Virus record (IMG/VR): IMGVR_UViG_3300030708_002923
Coordinates: 9,022 to 73,021 of that record
Strand: one strand, 5' to 3'
DNA length: 64,000 nucleotides
From: a virus
Taxonomy: Duplodnaviria > Caudoviricetes
Positions 24,723 through 36,600 of the stretch are shown in pieces. The position numbers were made by a program, and so were the translations under genes. The notes below the pieces were generated by a model that was not told the DNA's origin, searched no databases, and saw only the letters and a list, made by a program, of their open reading frames with translations. Positions within the stretch are counted from its first letter, which is position 1. Each line of letters starts with the position of its first letter.

Positions 24723-25025
24723 TTATGAACTACACTCTGCGTTGGTAGCTTGGCAGATTTGGGCGATGTTAATCGCTTGTTTTTGTTGGTTTTCCAGCAT
24801 CTTTTGAACAATCTCTTCCATCTTATCCAAACGTTGCTCAATGCCTTCAATCTTAACGTCAACAACTTCTTGCTTTCCCACACTGACAGCTTTCTTGTTT
24901 TCGAGCGCACTGACACGTGTACCAAGTTCATCGACATCTTGAGCCGCAGATTCAAAAGACGCGAATGCAATACCGGTAGCAAACACCAGAGTGATTCCAG
25001 GTACCACCATATCTTTTAAATCCAT
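24723..25025 (-). CDS. TM plus coiled-coil protein (lysis region)
   Basis: ACAGGAG RBS; VVPGITLVFATGIAFA TM. Confidence 0.7.
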   Translation of the reverse strand: MDLKDMVVPGITLVFATGIAFASFESAAQDVDELGTRVSALENKKAVSVGKQEVVDVKIEGIEQRLDKMEEIVQKMLENQQKQAINIAQICQATNAECSS

Positions 25026-25036
25026 GATAACTCCTG

Positions 25037-25432
25037 TCACTCAGGTTCAGTACAACTATAAGACCCGAGTAGCTTATCCGTCAACTTGGATGGCTCGCAT
25101 CGTTGCTTATCTGTTTCACCGGTTCGAATACACAAAGCCCACATACACTGAAGCGACATGGGATCTCCACCAACCTCTGTAATACAAGGCGGTGGCATAT
25201 CTGTAAGCTTGTCAGCAATAGCAGACTCCCTTTTAGCCTCTTCGACCGCTACCTCTTGGACTTTAGTGACCAACGCTTCGTTGCCGTTATTCAACTCTTT
25301 GATTGCTTCTGTTTGCGCTTCAATCGCTTTAGCACCAGCGTCGGGCTTGAGGCCCCAACCAGCACCAAAGCCCACCCCCAAAGATGCAAGAACAGCAATC
25401 GTTGTCAGCGTTATTGGTTCCATTTTCGTCAT
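25037..25432 (-). CDS. N-terminal TM, coiled coil and Cys-rich C-terminus (i-spanin-like?)
   Basis: Signal/TM segment, heptads, five Cys. Confidence 0.6.
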   Translation of the reverse strand: MTKMEPITLTTIAVLASLGVGFGAGWGLKPDAGAKAIEAQTEAIKELNNGNEALVTKVQEVAVEEAKRESAIADKLTDMPPPCITEVGGDPMSLQCMWALCIRTGETDKQRCEPSKLTDKLLGSYSCTEPE

Positions 25433-25445
25433 CCAAGTTCCAAAA

Positions 25446-25667
25446 TCATTTCTTAGCAGGCTTCTTGGCTGCAGGCTTCTTGGCTGCAGGCTTCTTGGCT
25501 GCAGGCTTCTTAGCTGAAGATTTCAAAGCTTTGATTTCCAAATCTTTTTCTTTTACTTTATCTTCAAGTAATGAAATAGCCTTGAAAAGGTATTCTACAG
25601 CCTTTCGCTTGTTACCAAACTTAAGTTGCATTTCAATTTTAGCTTTCTTAATGTACTCTTCAATCAT
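25446..25667 (-). CDS. Small basic protein with a (KKPAA)n histone-like tail
   Basis: C-terminus AKKPAAKKPAAKKPAAKKPAKK. Confidence 0.75.
   Translation of the reverse strand: MIEEYIKKAKIEMQLKFGNKRKAVEYLFKAISLLEDKVKEKDLEIKALKSSAKKPAAKKPAAKKPAAKKPAKK
25456..25515. repeat. 15-bp tandem repeat x4 (GCAGGCTTCTTGGCT)
   Basis: Direct reading; encodes KKPAA. Confidence 0.95.
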
Positions 25668-25678
25668 GTTTACCTCTT

Positions 25679-26068
25679 TTATGATGAAACTATAGAAACT
25701 TTAATATCTGCAGTTGGACTATCGTCACCAGACAATGCAGCAGTTGTAACGCACCAAAATGAAAGCCCTGCATCAAACTCCCAACCATTACTAATTACAT
25801 ATGTTGTTACAACCCCAAGTGGGGCATACAGAGTAATTGTTGGAATCGTAGAAGATCCTCCACCGCCAGTAATATTTGATGCGTTAGCAATCTTTACATA
25901 ACATGCAGGCTCAGTTGTAGTCGGTATACCAGCCGTAGCGTCAATCTCAATCATGTATACTTTACCGGCAGACGCAGCAGTAACGTTTTCAGCTTCGTTT
26001 GTGTCCGCTTTGACATCTACTACAAGCTTGCTTGCAAGATCAGTCAGGCTCGACGTTAAATTAGCCAT
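25679..26068 (-). CDS. Small beta-rich virion protein (paralogue of 26069..26443)
   Basis: Shared YVK(I/L)xN...P and LxxCxT...P motifs. Confidence 0.75.
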   Translation of the reverse strand: MANLTSSLTDLASKLVVDVKADTNEAENVTAASAGKVYMIEIDATAGIPTTTEPACYVKIANASNITGGGGSSTIPTITLYAPLGVVTTYVISNGWEFDAGLSFWCVTTAALSGDDSPTADIKVSIVSS

Positions 26069-26443
26069 CTAAACACTCGTTACAATCGTTACAGCGATCG
26101 TCTCATTGCCAGAAACGCTTGGCGCAGTGTTATCACTCGGAGTTCCGTTTTCAGTCGCACAAACCGTAAGTGCTTTATACAAAACTCCACCAGGAATTTC
26201 ATACGTGTATGTAGACGTTGCCGGACAGGACAATACCCAATCAGGCGCTGTAGTTCCTACATTTGCTGAATATTCATTGAACAGCTTCACATAAACCGCA
26301 GCATCGTTGCCATTTACAATCTTGACGGAGTGAAGCATTCCAGGTCCACCCGTCACGTTTCTCTGTGCTGCATTGGTTATGTTTGCATCGTGCAGAACAT
26401 TGAACGATACAGCACGATCAAATTTGGTACTACTAAACGCCAT
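26069..26443 (-). CDS. Small beta-rich virion protein
   Basis: VYVKLFN...PDWVL...LTVCATE. Confidence 0.75.
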   Translation of the reverse strand: MAFSSTKFDRAVSFNVLHDANITNAAQRNVTGGPGMLHSVKIVNGNDAAVYVKLFNEYSANVGTTAPDWVLSCPATSTYTYEIPGGVLYKALTVCATENGTPSDNTAPSVSGNETIAVTIVTSV

Positions 26444-26456
26444 TTAATTGCTCATC

Positions 26457-26666
26457 TCAGTCGCCAGTTGTGGCCACGGCTTTCTTTTCGGCTGCGTCCA
26501 CATAGCCTTGGCCGAGAATGTAAGAGACACAAACACCAGCGGTCAGCTTGAGCGCTTCGCCAAGTGCAATGTCTTCACTCAAAAATGCCAACACTGGAGG
26601 CAAAAGTGCTCCAAGAAATGCGGCCCAAAACTTACGTGATGAGAGTTTAATCTTCAAAGTTTCCAT
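26457..26666 (-). CDS. Two-TM holin-like protein
   Basis: LSSRKFWAAFLG...SYILGQGYVD. Confidence 0.6.
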   Translation of the reverse strand: METLKIKLSSRKFWAAFLGALLPPVLAFLSEDIALGEALKLTAGVCVSYILGQGYVDAAEKKAVATTGD

Positions 26667-26681
26667 GGTGTCTCCTTTGGA

Positions 26682-27533
26682 TCATCCAGCAGAAGGGCTA
26701 TCGCCAGTAACGTATGTAGGCAAAAAGCCATCAGGTGCAAAGTTTACTCGATACCATATTTTCCAAGTTGTATCTGTGTCCGTAGCCCCGCCTGGAGCAC
26801 TACTACTATAAAATGTGGGGCAGAAAAAGATATACACTGGATCAGTACCAACATATTCGTGTACTTGTTTTGTCGGGTCTATTGAATCCAAAACACGATT
26901 GTTTACATCGAGATTGTAAACCGACGTTTTGTGAATCATTGGGTTTCCGTCTGCATCACCATCATCAATTGCTGGTCCAATCCAACAATACGCTCGACGA
27001 CAGTTCGCTTCAGTTTCTGTGCTGATTGCTGTGTCACCACCTACCTGAACACGCACAGCTTCATTCGAAGCAATGTTGTTGTAGCAGCCCATGCCAACCC
27101 ACTCTACATCACTCGTGTCAGTTGTGCAGGAAGAGTCTGCAATGCCAACGACAACACCTGCCCCTTCTTGGTTACCACTGCCGCTGTTGGCCCCTACAGC
27201 ATGTCGCCAAACCAAAAACTCAATACTAAATTTATCAGCAAAAGTAAGAGGACCGTTTGGTCCTTCAATTTTTCTATAGTATCGTTTCCCGTTTTGGCTC
27301 GATTGATTCCATCTTTCTGCATTGTTGTCCAACTCCAGTTGAACTCTGATACCGTCACCACTCACAGTAAGCGCGTTTACAGTGCCTGTGGAACCAGGGT
27401 CAGCGCCCGTCCACGAAGCAGACGTAGGATCAAGAGAGATCCAACGACTAATATTGTCGTTTTGTAGATTATCGAGATTACCAACACTTAGATTTTTTTG
27501 TATTGGTCCTGGTATGCGTCCACGTCTATTCAT
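26682..27533 (-). CDS. Putative virion / receptor-binding beta-sandwich protein
   Basis: In the tail-fibre region; beta-rich. Confidence 0.65.
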   Translation of the reverse strand: MNRRGRIPGPIQKNLSVGNLDNLQNDNISRWISLDPTSASWTGADPGSTGTVNALTVSGDGIRVQLELDNNAERWNQSSQNGKRYYRKIEGPNGPLTFADKFSIEFLVWRHAVGANSGSGNQEGAGVVVGIADSSCTTDTSDVEWVGMGCYNNIASNEAVRVQVGGDTAISTETEANCRRAYCWIGPAIDDGDADGNPMIHKTSVYNLDVNNRVLDSIDPTKQVHEYVGTDPVYIFFCPTFYSSSAPGGATDTDTTWKIWYRVNFAPDGFLPTYVTGDSPSAG

Positions 27534-27535
27534 AA

Positions 27536-27898
27536 TCAAGCAGCATCAATGAGGTTAATGTATCCAGTCGCGTTGACCTTGTTGGCTGTGGTGCTTGCTG
27601 CAGTAATTACAACAGCCGTCGAGTTGTTGCCCTTGATAGTCCATCCAGGTACAGCGAGAACCGTAGACTCAGCAGGAACCTTGACTATGATTTTGTCACC
27701 GTCCGACGTGCCGCCTATCCTAATCGTAACAATTTCTTGAGTGGTGTTGATGTTCGACAGCCAGATCCAAACCTCTTCAAAGTCAGCAGCAACACTCGTC
27801 ACGGTGTGAACAGTTGTAAACGTTCCGGAATCAACAGCTAAAGCTAAAGGTCGACCGTCTGTGCTGCCGCTTAGTTTATTTCTCGAAATTGTTGCCAT
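27536..27898 (-). CDS. Small virion structural protein
   Basis: Beta-rich; late operon. Confidence 0.7.
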   Translation of the reverse strand: MATISRNKLSGSTDGRPLALAVDSGTFTTVHTVTSVAADFEEVWIWLSNINTTQEIVTIRIGGTSDGDKIIVKVPAESTVLAVPGWTIKGNNSTAVVITAASTTANKVNATGYINLIDAA

Positions 27899-27907
27899 TG
27901 TGAACTC

Positions 27908-29521
27908 CTACGCAAAAACCTGCATGTGCAGAATAAGATTTGAATCGTCAGCAGCAGTTCCACCACCGCCAGCATAAGTTTTAAGGTCCGATGCAGGGAT
28001 GGTCTTCATTTGACCGCCATCGTTAACAATAAACCCATCTGAGTCTGCTACTGTAATCGACCCACCAACAGATGTATTTCCGTCCAGCAGATTCAATTCT
28101 GTCGTAGTGACCGTAGCCCCATCCAGAATCTCAAGTTCTGCTTCACTAATAACGGCACTGCCAATTGTAAAGCCAGTGGCTGTCACTGTGCTCGCAAAAA
28201 CAGCAGCTTGAGTGTCATCAACAGTTATCGCTGGAGTAAGTGAACTACCGTTGTGAGTAAAAACGATAAACTTACCTTTAGTATCGTTAGCTGTCCCACT
28301 ATGGCTGGCTTCAATCATCGCCAAACCGGTGCCGGAATGATCACCAAAAAGAACGCGAGTTTCTGCGTCACCTTCACCATTCTCATCCGTCGTGTTTTGA
28401 AGCAAAAGGTACGCATCTGCTCCAGCCACATGAAGCATGTTAGCAGGGGCATTTGTTCCGATACCAACGTTACCATCGGTGTGAATCCGCATACGCTCTG
28501 CGGCGGCATCTGTGCCACTGACCTTGGTCTTGAATTGAATACTCGAAGTGCCCGTACCGTCACCACCACCAGAGGCAAGAATCAAATCACCACCGTTTAG
28601 GTCGTTTGCGCCTGTGGTCGTTGAGCCTGCAGAAATGGTCAGAGACTTACCAACAGTAGTTCCTGTGTTGGTTACGGTGCTGATCGTCGTTGCTGTTGTA
28701 TTTCCGGCAGTGCCCAATGTTGCATCGCCACCAGAAACGATGAGGTCCGTTCCAACGGTTACACCAGCATTAAACAAAGCCGCTCCAGCGTCTGACATAT
28801 CAAGCGTCAAAGCCGTGATGTCGTCAGTGTCATCCGTGCCTTTAAAAACAATATCAGCATCGCCCGCTTGCGTATCGAGAGTAATGTTACCCGAAGTGGT
28901 TGCAATAGTGACTGCGGCGTCACCTGTAGTAATGTCGTCTGCAGCACTTGATCCAGTAGCAACAGCATCAGCAACCCATTTAGCGCCATCATATTTTAAG
29001 AACTGACCTGTAGATGGTGAGTCCTGACCAATCTTCGTAACGTGGCCGGAACCATCAAAAGTAATCGCAGCAGTCCCACCGGCCTCTTTGAGTGATCCAC
29101 CATCGTCGAGAATGATGTCACCAGTGACTTGAACATCGCCAGCAGCCGTTACCTTTTGGGCCTCGTCAATCGTGACCGCAGCAGTCAACGACGAACCGGT
29201 ATGTGTAGACAAGATCATCTTGCCTTTAGTGTCATCCGATGAGCCGCTATGGCTTACTTCAATCTGCCCAAGAGATGCATTTGCATGATCTTCAAAGATC
29301 AGCCTTGACTCACAACCACCATCTGAGTTTTCAGAGGTTGAGTTTTGAATCGTTACATACGGGGCCGTTCCCTTGACTTGCAATTGTGTGCCAGGAGCAG
29401 TGTCACCTATACCTACACGATTGTTCGTTTCATCGATGGACAGTGTACCGCTATCGACCTCAAGGTCGGTGACGACAAGTGCTCCCCCGCCACCTGAAAA
29501 CTTAGAATTGAAGCTTGGCAT
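27908..29521 (-). CDS. Tail fibre/spike protein with a duplicated ~80-aa module
   Basis: NNRVGIG..AP / GNVGIGTNAP repeats; Gly/Thr-rich; duplicated SHSGxxxDTKGK. Confidence 0.85.
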   Translation of the reverse strand: MPSFNSKFSGGGGALVVTDLEVDSGTLSIDETNNRVGIGDTAPGTQLQVKGTAPYVTIQNSTSENSDGGCESRLIFEDHANASLGQIEVSHSGSSDDTKGKMILSTHTGSSLTAAVTIDEAQKVTAAGDVQVTGDIILDDGGSLKEAGGTAAITFDGSGHVTKIGQDSPSTGQFLKYDGAKWVADAVATGSSAADDITTGDAAVTIATTSGNITLDTQAGDADIVFKGTDDTDDITALTLDMSDAGAALFNAGVTVGTDLIVSGGDATLGTAGNTTATTISTVTNTGTTVGKSLTISAGSTTTGANDLNGGDLILASGGGDGTGTSSIQFKTKVSGTDAAAERMRIHTDGNVGIGTNAPANMLHVAGADAYLLLQNTTDENGEGDAETRVLFGDHSGTGLAMIEASHSGTANDTKGKFIVFTHNGSSLTPAITVDDTQAAVFASTVTATGFTIGSAVISEAELEILDGATVTTTELNLLDGNTSVGGSITVADSDGFIVNDGGQMKTIPASDLKTYAGGGGTAADDSNLILHMQVFA

Positions 29522-29530
29522 GAGGCCCCC

Positions 29531-29959
29531 TTATGTTTTGTCGTGCCAATGAAGTCGTGCTTTTTCAACAACACAAGCTTCACCTGGCTTGATCCAGAGA
29601 TAACACTTGCCTGTAGTTGTTTGGCCTGATGGTGCAGTAATAAACAACTTGTCCAGTGAGATTACGGTATGAACCGTACCTGAAGTGCCACCTTCAGTAA
29701 CCGATATGCTTTCTGCTTTGGAAGTCAACGGATCATCACCGGCTGAGTCCCAAGTCAAATACACGTCGAACGTTTTTGTGGCATCAGCCCAAGATGTAAA
29801 AACAATATCTAACTGAGAAAACGAACATGAACCCGGCAACGCCTTAGAACGGGCGTCACTTGGGGTTCCTGTTGTCTGCTCGGCAAGTAACGTTGAAGTA
29901 AACGCACTTGTCGAACTGATAGATGTTTTTGCTGTATTTGTGACGAAACCTGAAGCCAT
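29531..29959 (-). CDS. Virion structural protein
   Basis: GGAGG RBS; late operon. Confidence 0.7.
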   Translation of the reverse strand: MASGFVTNTAKTSISSTSAFTSTLLAEQTTGTPSDARSKALPGSCSFSQLDIVFTSWADATKTFDVYLTWDSAGDDPLTSKAESISVTEGGTSGTVHTVISLDKLFITAPSGQTTTGKCYLWIKPGEACVVEKARLHWHDKT

Positions 29960-29989
29960 CACGACCTCCAGATAGCTAGAGGTTCAATA

Positions 29990-30598
29990 TCAAGTAGATG
30001 GGTTGACGATGTCTACGACGAACACGTCTGAGCGGCAGGAGTTACCGGCATTAGCAACGCTCCATTCTCCGCTTACTGCAAGAGTTTGCTCTACAGTTGT
30101 GTTGAGCGTGAACGATGCTTTCAAAGAGCGCTTCGTGGCTGTCGCAGCAGCGTCGGGATCTTGAAATTCAATCATAGCAACTGCTGTACCAGAAGAGCCA
30201 ATAGTGCGTACTTGAATAAGGGCATCAATGTAAAAAACATCATTATCTTCTTGATCTACTGCAGTTGTTGCCAGAAGTTCTTCACGACTAGCGAGAGCAG
30301 TGGTCGTAGGCCCAAGACTTAAATAAATCTTCAAGGTGTCAGTTGAATTTTGAGCCGTTGTAATTCCCATAGAACGAACGCGAATTGTCGAGCCAGCAAC
30401 AAGCGTGTTTGCAGGAATCGCCAAAGAATCCAGTGCTGTTTCAGTCGTTGTGTTCGTCAAGGCGGCACTTGCCGCTGTTTTAGTAGCAGCTTGCCCACCG
30501 ACATACATTTTTGCACCAGCGCCACGGCCATGATCAACCATCATGCCGATACCGTGTTCAAGCGCTCGGCCTGCGGAAAGTTCAGGGATTCTAGACAT
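29990..30598 (-). CDS. Virion structural protein
   Basis: Thr/Ala-rich beta protein; GGAG RBS. Confidence 0.75.
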   Translation of the reverse strand: MSRIPELSAGRALEHGIGMMVDHGRGAGAKMYVGGQAATKTAASAALTNTTTETALDSLAIPANTLVAGSTIRVRSMGITTAQNSTDTLKIYLSLGPTTTALASREELLATTAVDQEDNDVFYIDALIQVRTIGSSGTAVAMIEFQDPDAAATATKRSLKASFTLNTTVEQTLAVSGEWSVANAGNSCRSDVFVVDIVNPST

Positions 30599-30681
30599 TA
30601 TTTACTCCATTGGGGAAGGGGAAGTGTGATTCGTTTTCAACAATAACATGATTAATATACAGAAGAGGTTCTTTATTTTGT

Positions 30682-33600
30682 TCAGTTTTCTGAGGTTTTT
30701 AGTTCTCGTAAATGCTGTTTGATTTTGAAGGACGTATTGGCTTCGTTTTCCAAATCTATATGAACGGGCGATAATCCAATAAGCTTCAATAAGTACAGTG
30801 GGTAAAAATCTTTGTATCTCAATTTATAGTTTGTACCATCTGTACCTTGATAACTAAAGTCTTCTCGCATAGCGCGATGAGCCGTTGCTGTATCCAAGTA
30901 TCCTTTTACCCCTGGTGCTACAGTAGCATCAAATGTGTCTGTGGGGCGTGCCATCGTTACAGGTCGTGGAGGCTCTCCAGGCTTCATAGAAACATCATAG
31001 GTGAACTTTCTTGTGGGCTTCACAACGCCAAGCTGCACCAAACCAGGAACACGAGCCAAGAGCGGACGTTCTTTGTCGGCCTGATAATATGCATCGGCCG
31101 CTCTCACCATCGCTTCTGTAAGGCCAATATTTGATCGATCTATGGCATCAATTACATCAAGCATACGACCAGTAAACGGAGTCTGCATAAACTCCAATAC
31201 AAAGTTTGAAACACCGGGATTGGTGGCAATGTAAATACCTCTTCCTGGCATTTCGATGTTTCGAACGTTTACTTTTCTGCCAGTTTTATCGTCAAAAACA
31301 AACTTCAACTCACTTTCAGGTAGATGTACAATTCCAAACTTGTCGTGCAATACACCACCGAAAAGGTCATGGTCAAGCTGTACGATAAATGATGGAACCT
31401 GATTTGTTGCACGCTCTAAAGCAAATCCACGAGCAGGGTCCAAGCCAGTCGTTGGTTTATATAAGAATTCCAAAAAGTATGGGTTTGCTCTCGACAACAG
31501 ACCAAATAGTGATTTTTGAGCCTGCTCTTCACCAACAATATTGGGTGTAAAGGGCAGTGCCGAAAAAGCACCAATTATATCCGAAATCAAAGCAAACACA
31601 TCAGAAGTTGATAAATACGGTATACGCATGGCGTGATCACCGATTTTGAATGGCAAAAATGTCCTTGTTCTATCCCACGGACTTAAAACCCTTTCAGGAT
31701 CTTCAAGTTCTGTGACCTTTAGCTGGCTCGCTCTGGCAATCTTCAATTGAGTGAGAACACGATCAGGGTTTTCAACTATTGATTTTGCTATCAGTTTTGT
31801 CGCTTGTTTGAAGTATGTATAGAAGGCAAAAACCTCACTAATGTAATTTTTCTCCCAATCACTCAAATCTGAATAATCAAGTGCAATTTCTCGCGTTCTT
31901 TTGGCCGCTTGTTTTATGTCGGCACCGTTTTCCATTTCTCGCAGCATGATGCGAATACGGAAGTAGCTGTCGATCGCTGTGGCTACTTCTCCAAAAAAAC
32001 GATTCGATCGCGCAAAAAATCCATCGGGCCTTAATATCATGCCCAAGGTCACAGCACTCAAACCGGCACCACCCGCAGCGCCAGCAACAGCACCCACAGG
32101 GCCTCCACCCAAAAGACCAATCATTCCACCAATCGTTCCACCAATTGCGCTACCGCCAACCCAAGGGTTTGCTTGAGTGAAAGCATTCAAAATGCGAGAG
32201 TGAATGTTTGTGTTGTTGAGTGTACTTACAAAAGACCCCTTCACACCCTCTTCAATCAATGCGTTGGCCATGCCGTCAGCGGTTAATACTCGACCATCTG
32301 GGAGCACATACGGTGCCGTATCAGGCTTGTGTGTGCCATCACCAAAGGTTCGAGCCAAAACACCGGAAACAAAGTTGATTCGCTTTGTGTTGTTATACGA
32401 GCCAACAGCATCAGTCATAACGCCAGGAAAGCGTACAAGATCAGCGCCAGCAGCAGCAAGACCTTGACCAAGTTGAACTTGACTTACTGTGCCAAGATAA
32501 ACGCCCATAAAGTATGGGACCATGGGAACACCGCCGCTACCAATCAACAGTCCCTTGTAGAAATTCTTGGGCAGGGCCGGGAAGTTTTGCGCGTAAATTC
32601 GAGCAGCGTCTTTCATTTCTTTGGCTATCGTTACAGATATCTCTGGCTGATCCCCTGTAAGCGCATACTCTACAGTGCCATTTTTTCCGAAGTTGCGTTC
32701 AAGACGAAACGATGGCTCTTTGTATATGTCAGCCATGGTTTCTTCTAATCCTTGAATCAAAGATTCTGGTAGAAGGAACGTTTCATCACCCAACTTGAGG
32801 ACACTGACAGTGCCAAGCTGACGCTTGATTCCCATCTGATCCAGTATTCGAGATGCTTCGTCTTTTGCAGCCTTTTCGAGTTCTCCAAAAACCTTGCTAT
32901 CTGGATGATTTTTTTGTGATGGAAGCGCCTCAGATATACCGTACAAATCCTCGGGGGCCTTTGCAGGCGCTTGCAATAGTCCTGCTTTTTGTCCTGCTGT
33001 TCCGCGTTGAATGATCACTTTGTCTTGGAACGCCAACTCTTGATCAATATAAAACGCTATTCGCTCGATATACTTTTGACGATCCAGGCCTGCCACTTCT
33101 CCTAAATCTGCACGCTTAGATATCTGTTCAAATAGTGCCCGCCTGTTTGTGTTGTATCCAGCTTCAGCCAGTTCTTTCGCAAGGCCACGACGCAGTTCCG
33201 AAATCTTGCCGAACACCAAAACGTTGGTGAGCAGTGCGATTGTATCAGCGTCTGTTTTTGATGTTTTACCAAGTAGCTTTTTGGCTGCTTTAGGTGACAG
33301 TGGAACCAATGATTTCGTGGCGCCCACTTGATACATTTGAATCAAGTCACCTTGATAATATGATTTGTAAATTTTCAGAATATCTTGATTGCTGAAATTC
33401 CAATTTACTTTTTGACCCTCAACTCCCATTGCTATTTTGAAGTGGTCCATAGCTGTTTCAAAAACAAAACTGTATTTTTCTAACAAACCATTGTGCAAAA
33501 CTTGAATCGCATCTGCAGCAATAATTTTCTGCTGGTCTGTTATTCCAGCAGACTTGACACCTTTTTGCTTCAACGTTCGCAACGCAATTAACGACTCACG

Positions 33601-36600
33601 CTCAAGTCTAGTCATCCCATGATAACCATCAAGTATGTCCTGAATATCATTTAAGTTATTCAAAATGTAATCTATATCTAAAACACCACTTTTACTTGTA
33701 ATTACGTCCGGAATAATGCGAGCCGGAACTCCAGTTTTTTGTTGTGCTGCTTTTTGCTTCGTTAGCGCATCAGCATCCATCCCGGTTCGCAATTTCGTAA
33801 ACACATCAACAATTTGAAACAGCTTGTCTACTTTTGCCAGCGGTACAAGCGGCACGAGTAACGAAATTTGATCCTGATAAAAATCAATAAAATACTCAGC
33901 GCCGTTTCGTTTTGCAGACTCAATAGCGTTGACGAGATCCTCATTCACCTTGCCCGTCATTCGAATGTGTTTTTCGATCACTTCGACAAGGTCAGGGTTT
34001 GCATTTTCCCTGTTGAATCTGAGTTCTTTGCGAGAAAACTTGTCTACCAGTTTTTTAATTTCTGAGCCCAACTCTTTAGTCAACTCAGTAGATTCGAAAA
34101 GTATGCCCAACTTTCTTACGAAACCAGGGTGAACATCGCCCCTGCGAATCCTATTCAACGGCCCCGCTTCAATGTCTTGCATGACCTTGTGAACTAAGTC
34201 GTACTCAGCGACGGACATAATCCTCAAATTTGCTTCAGGATCTAACAATCCCTTCGGCAAAATATCGGATGCAGGCTGTTGGGATATTTCTTGAATGATC
34301 GTCCTCATGCCTGCAATCTGTCGATCAGATAGCGTAAAAAACTCGGTTTCACGTATTTGCTGGTCTACCAAGACTTTTGGACCTGGAGAGTTGATGCGTT
34401 GCCGCTCATCAAATGCGGCCAAGTCATCCGGTCGAACAAGCGGTGAAAGGTTACTGCGATCTACATTTCCATCTTGACCTCTCTGAGCCAAGAATTTCGC
34501 TTTCGTATCTGGAAAGTCGCCTAAGTTTTCGATCAGTCGCTTTTTGACGTTCTCCAAAATCTGAACAGCCCTGGATACTGGAACAATGTATCGGCCTGTA
34601 CCCACGGTTGTTGTCTTTGCACGCTTTAGCGTGCTGCGGAACCTGTCAGTTTTGATGTATGCAATTGTTTTGATGAGAACATCGATGGCATCATCTGTTG
34701 TGTCGGCGTAAACTCTCCGTGGAATACGCACGGTTTGACCTGTGGTGGGGTCAACATCAGCATCAACACGAGTGATGAATTTATCACCAAGGTATTGATG
34801 AATCACTTCTGGGTTCATTGACGGCTGTTTGGCAGATTCTTCTCGTGCAAATCTAGCAGGTTTGCTGTCGAGTACTTGCCGTCTTGCGTCTGCATTTACG
34901 AAAATTGCGTATGGTCGTTTTCTAACCACGCTTGCGGTTAGCGCATCGATGTTCCTGCGATCAGATGGCAATGTACCAAATTCAAGATCCCAATATTGCC
35001 GAACTGACTTTGGCAGTAACCCTGGTTTATTTCTGAGTTTGCTCCAGAAGTTGTGCAAACCAATGTACAACTCATCAAACATTCTACGCAGAAATCCGTT
35101 TTTTGCATCCTTGGTGCGTCTGTACAGCCTCCAAGCTTCAGCAAACTGCTCATGACCAACATCGGTCAGGCGTTTTTTACCCTGATTGTTGACGGTGTGA
35201 TCAAACAAACCAAATAGCTTTTGGTTGAAATTATCACCCATGAGCGTGGCCATGAAGTGACCGTTCTCATGCCAGAGCGCATCAACATCGCCCGCAGTAA
35301 ACAAGTTGATGATTGATTGTCGGGTGTTTGAATCATATTCGAAGTAACCCAAAGGTATGTCTTTTTTACGAGCAAATCGAATATCTGGGTCTGCCGCTGT
35401 ATCTTCGAGCGTCAAGACAATGCGACCACCGTCCGCATCGGTTGTGCGTGTTGTTCCCTCGGGCATGTCTCCCATAAACCGCGCTGTTGGGCCTGCCGAT
35501 CGATTCCGTGTAACGTTGAGGTTGCGAATTACCTCTACAGCGCTTCCAAATTGCGTATCTACAGCATCGGAGATTTTAAATGCTTGAAACTCAATTAGGG
35601 CCATAAATCGCTGTGCATCACCCACATCGATTAGTTTGTCATTCACCAGACCTTGTACTTGTCGTTGTATTTTTCTGTACTCTGGAGATGAACGAAAAAC
35701 ACGAACTTCGCTGACACCCAAGTCGTTGATTACTTCTTTCGAAAGCTTGCGAATTGATTGAATATCGCCTGATGATAGTACGTCAGCAGCAATATATTTA
35801 TCTGGGTCACGGTCAGCTAACAGTAAAACGCGTTTTAGTATTTCTCGTTCAGCTACTGTTAGATCATTTGTAAGGATCTTGCCTTTGTTTTTTCGTTGTC
35901 GTAATCCAGCTTGTATCAATGAGTTTATTCGTACGAGTGAATCTGAAGATTTTGTTTCAACAACACCATCAAATAACTTTTGTTTTGCAAGCTGATATCG
36001 AATACTTGGAGATCCTTGACCTTTTAAAATTTGAGTGACTGCGCCAGGAGTATTCGCTGCCGTTCTGAAACCCATGCCACCAGCTTTAAATAGACGCTTC
36101 TCCATGTTGAGAAACATGTCTAAAAACATACCTAAATTTTGTAACAGGTTGTACTCAATGTCATCTGGCGAATACCCCAACGCGGTTGCGACCTCCGCAA
36201 ATCCAACTTGGAATCCACCGAGTGCTGCCATCATTCTTGCGTCAAATCTAGTAATGAAATCATCGTCTGGATCACGAATACCCAAGCGAAGCATTTTGTC
36301 TAAACCAGCCGGTGTTGGTGCATAAATGCCGTTTGGTAATCCAAGATTTTTCAACAATGAAGCCAAAATCGCGTCTGTTCCTGCAAGCTGAGTAATCCAG
36401 TTGTCCGTCAAGCTATACTCAACCTCTGCTGCTCCAGTGGTTACCGCACCAGCCCAATTCAATACTTCGCCAATCATAGATCGCTTAAAAAACGTTCCGT
36501 ACTTTGGATCATCAACGCGATCTGTCATTACGTCAAATGCTGCACGAGTTGTTCTTCGAGCACCAATTTCACCTGTTTCTTCTTCTTGAAATTTCAATAG

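Noticed and set aside
27908-29521. Diversity-generating retroelement target
   Set aside because: No reverse transcriptase in the window; the internal repeats differ at all base types, not only at adenines.
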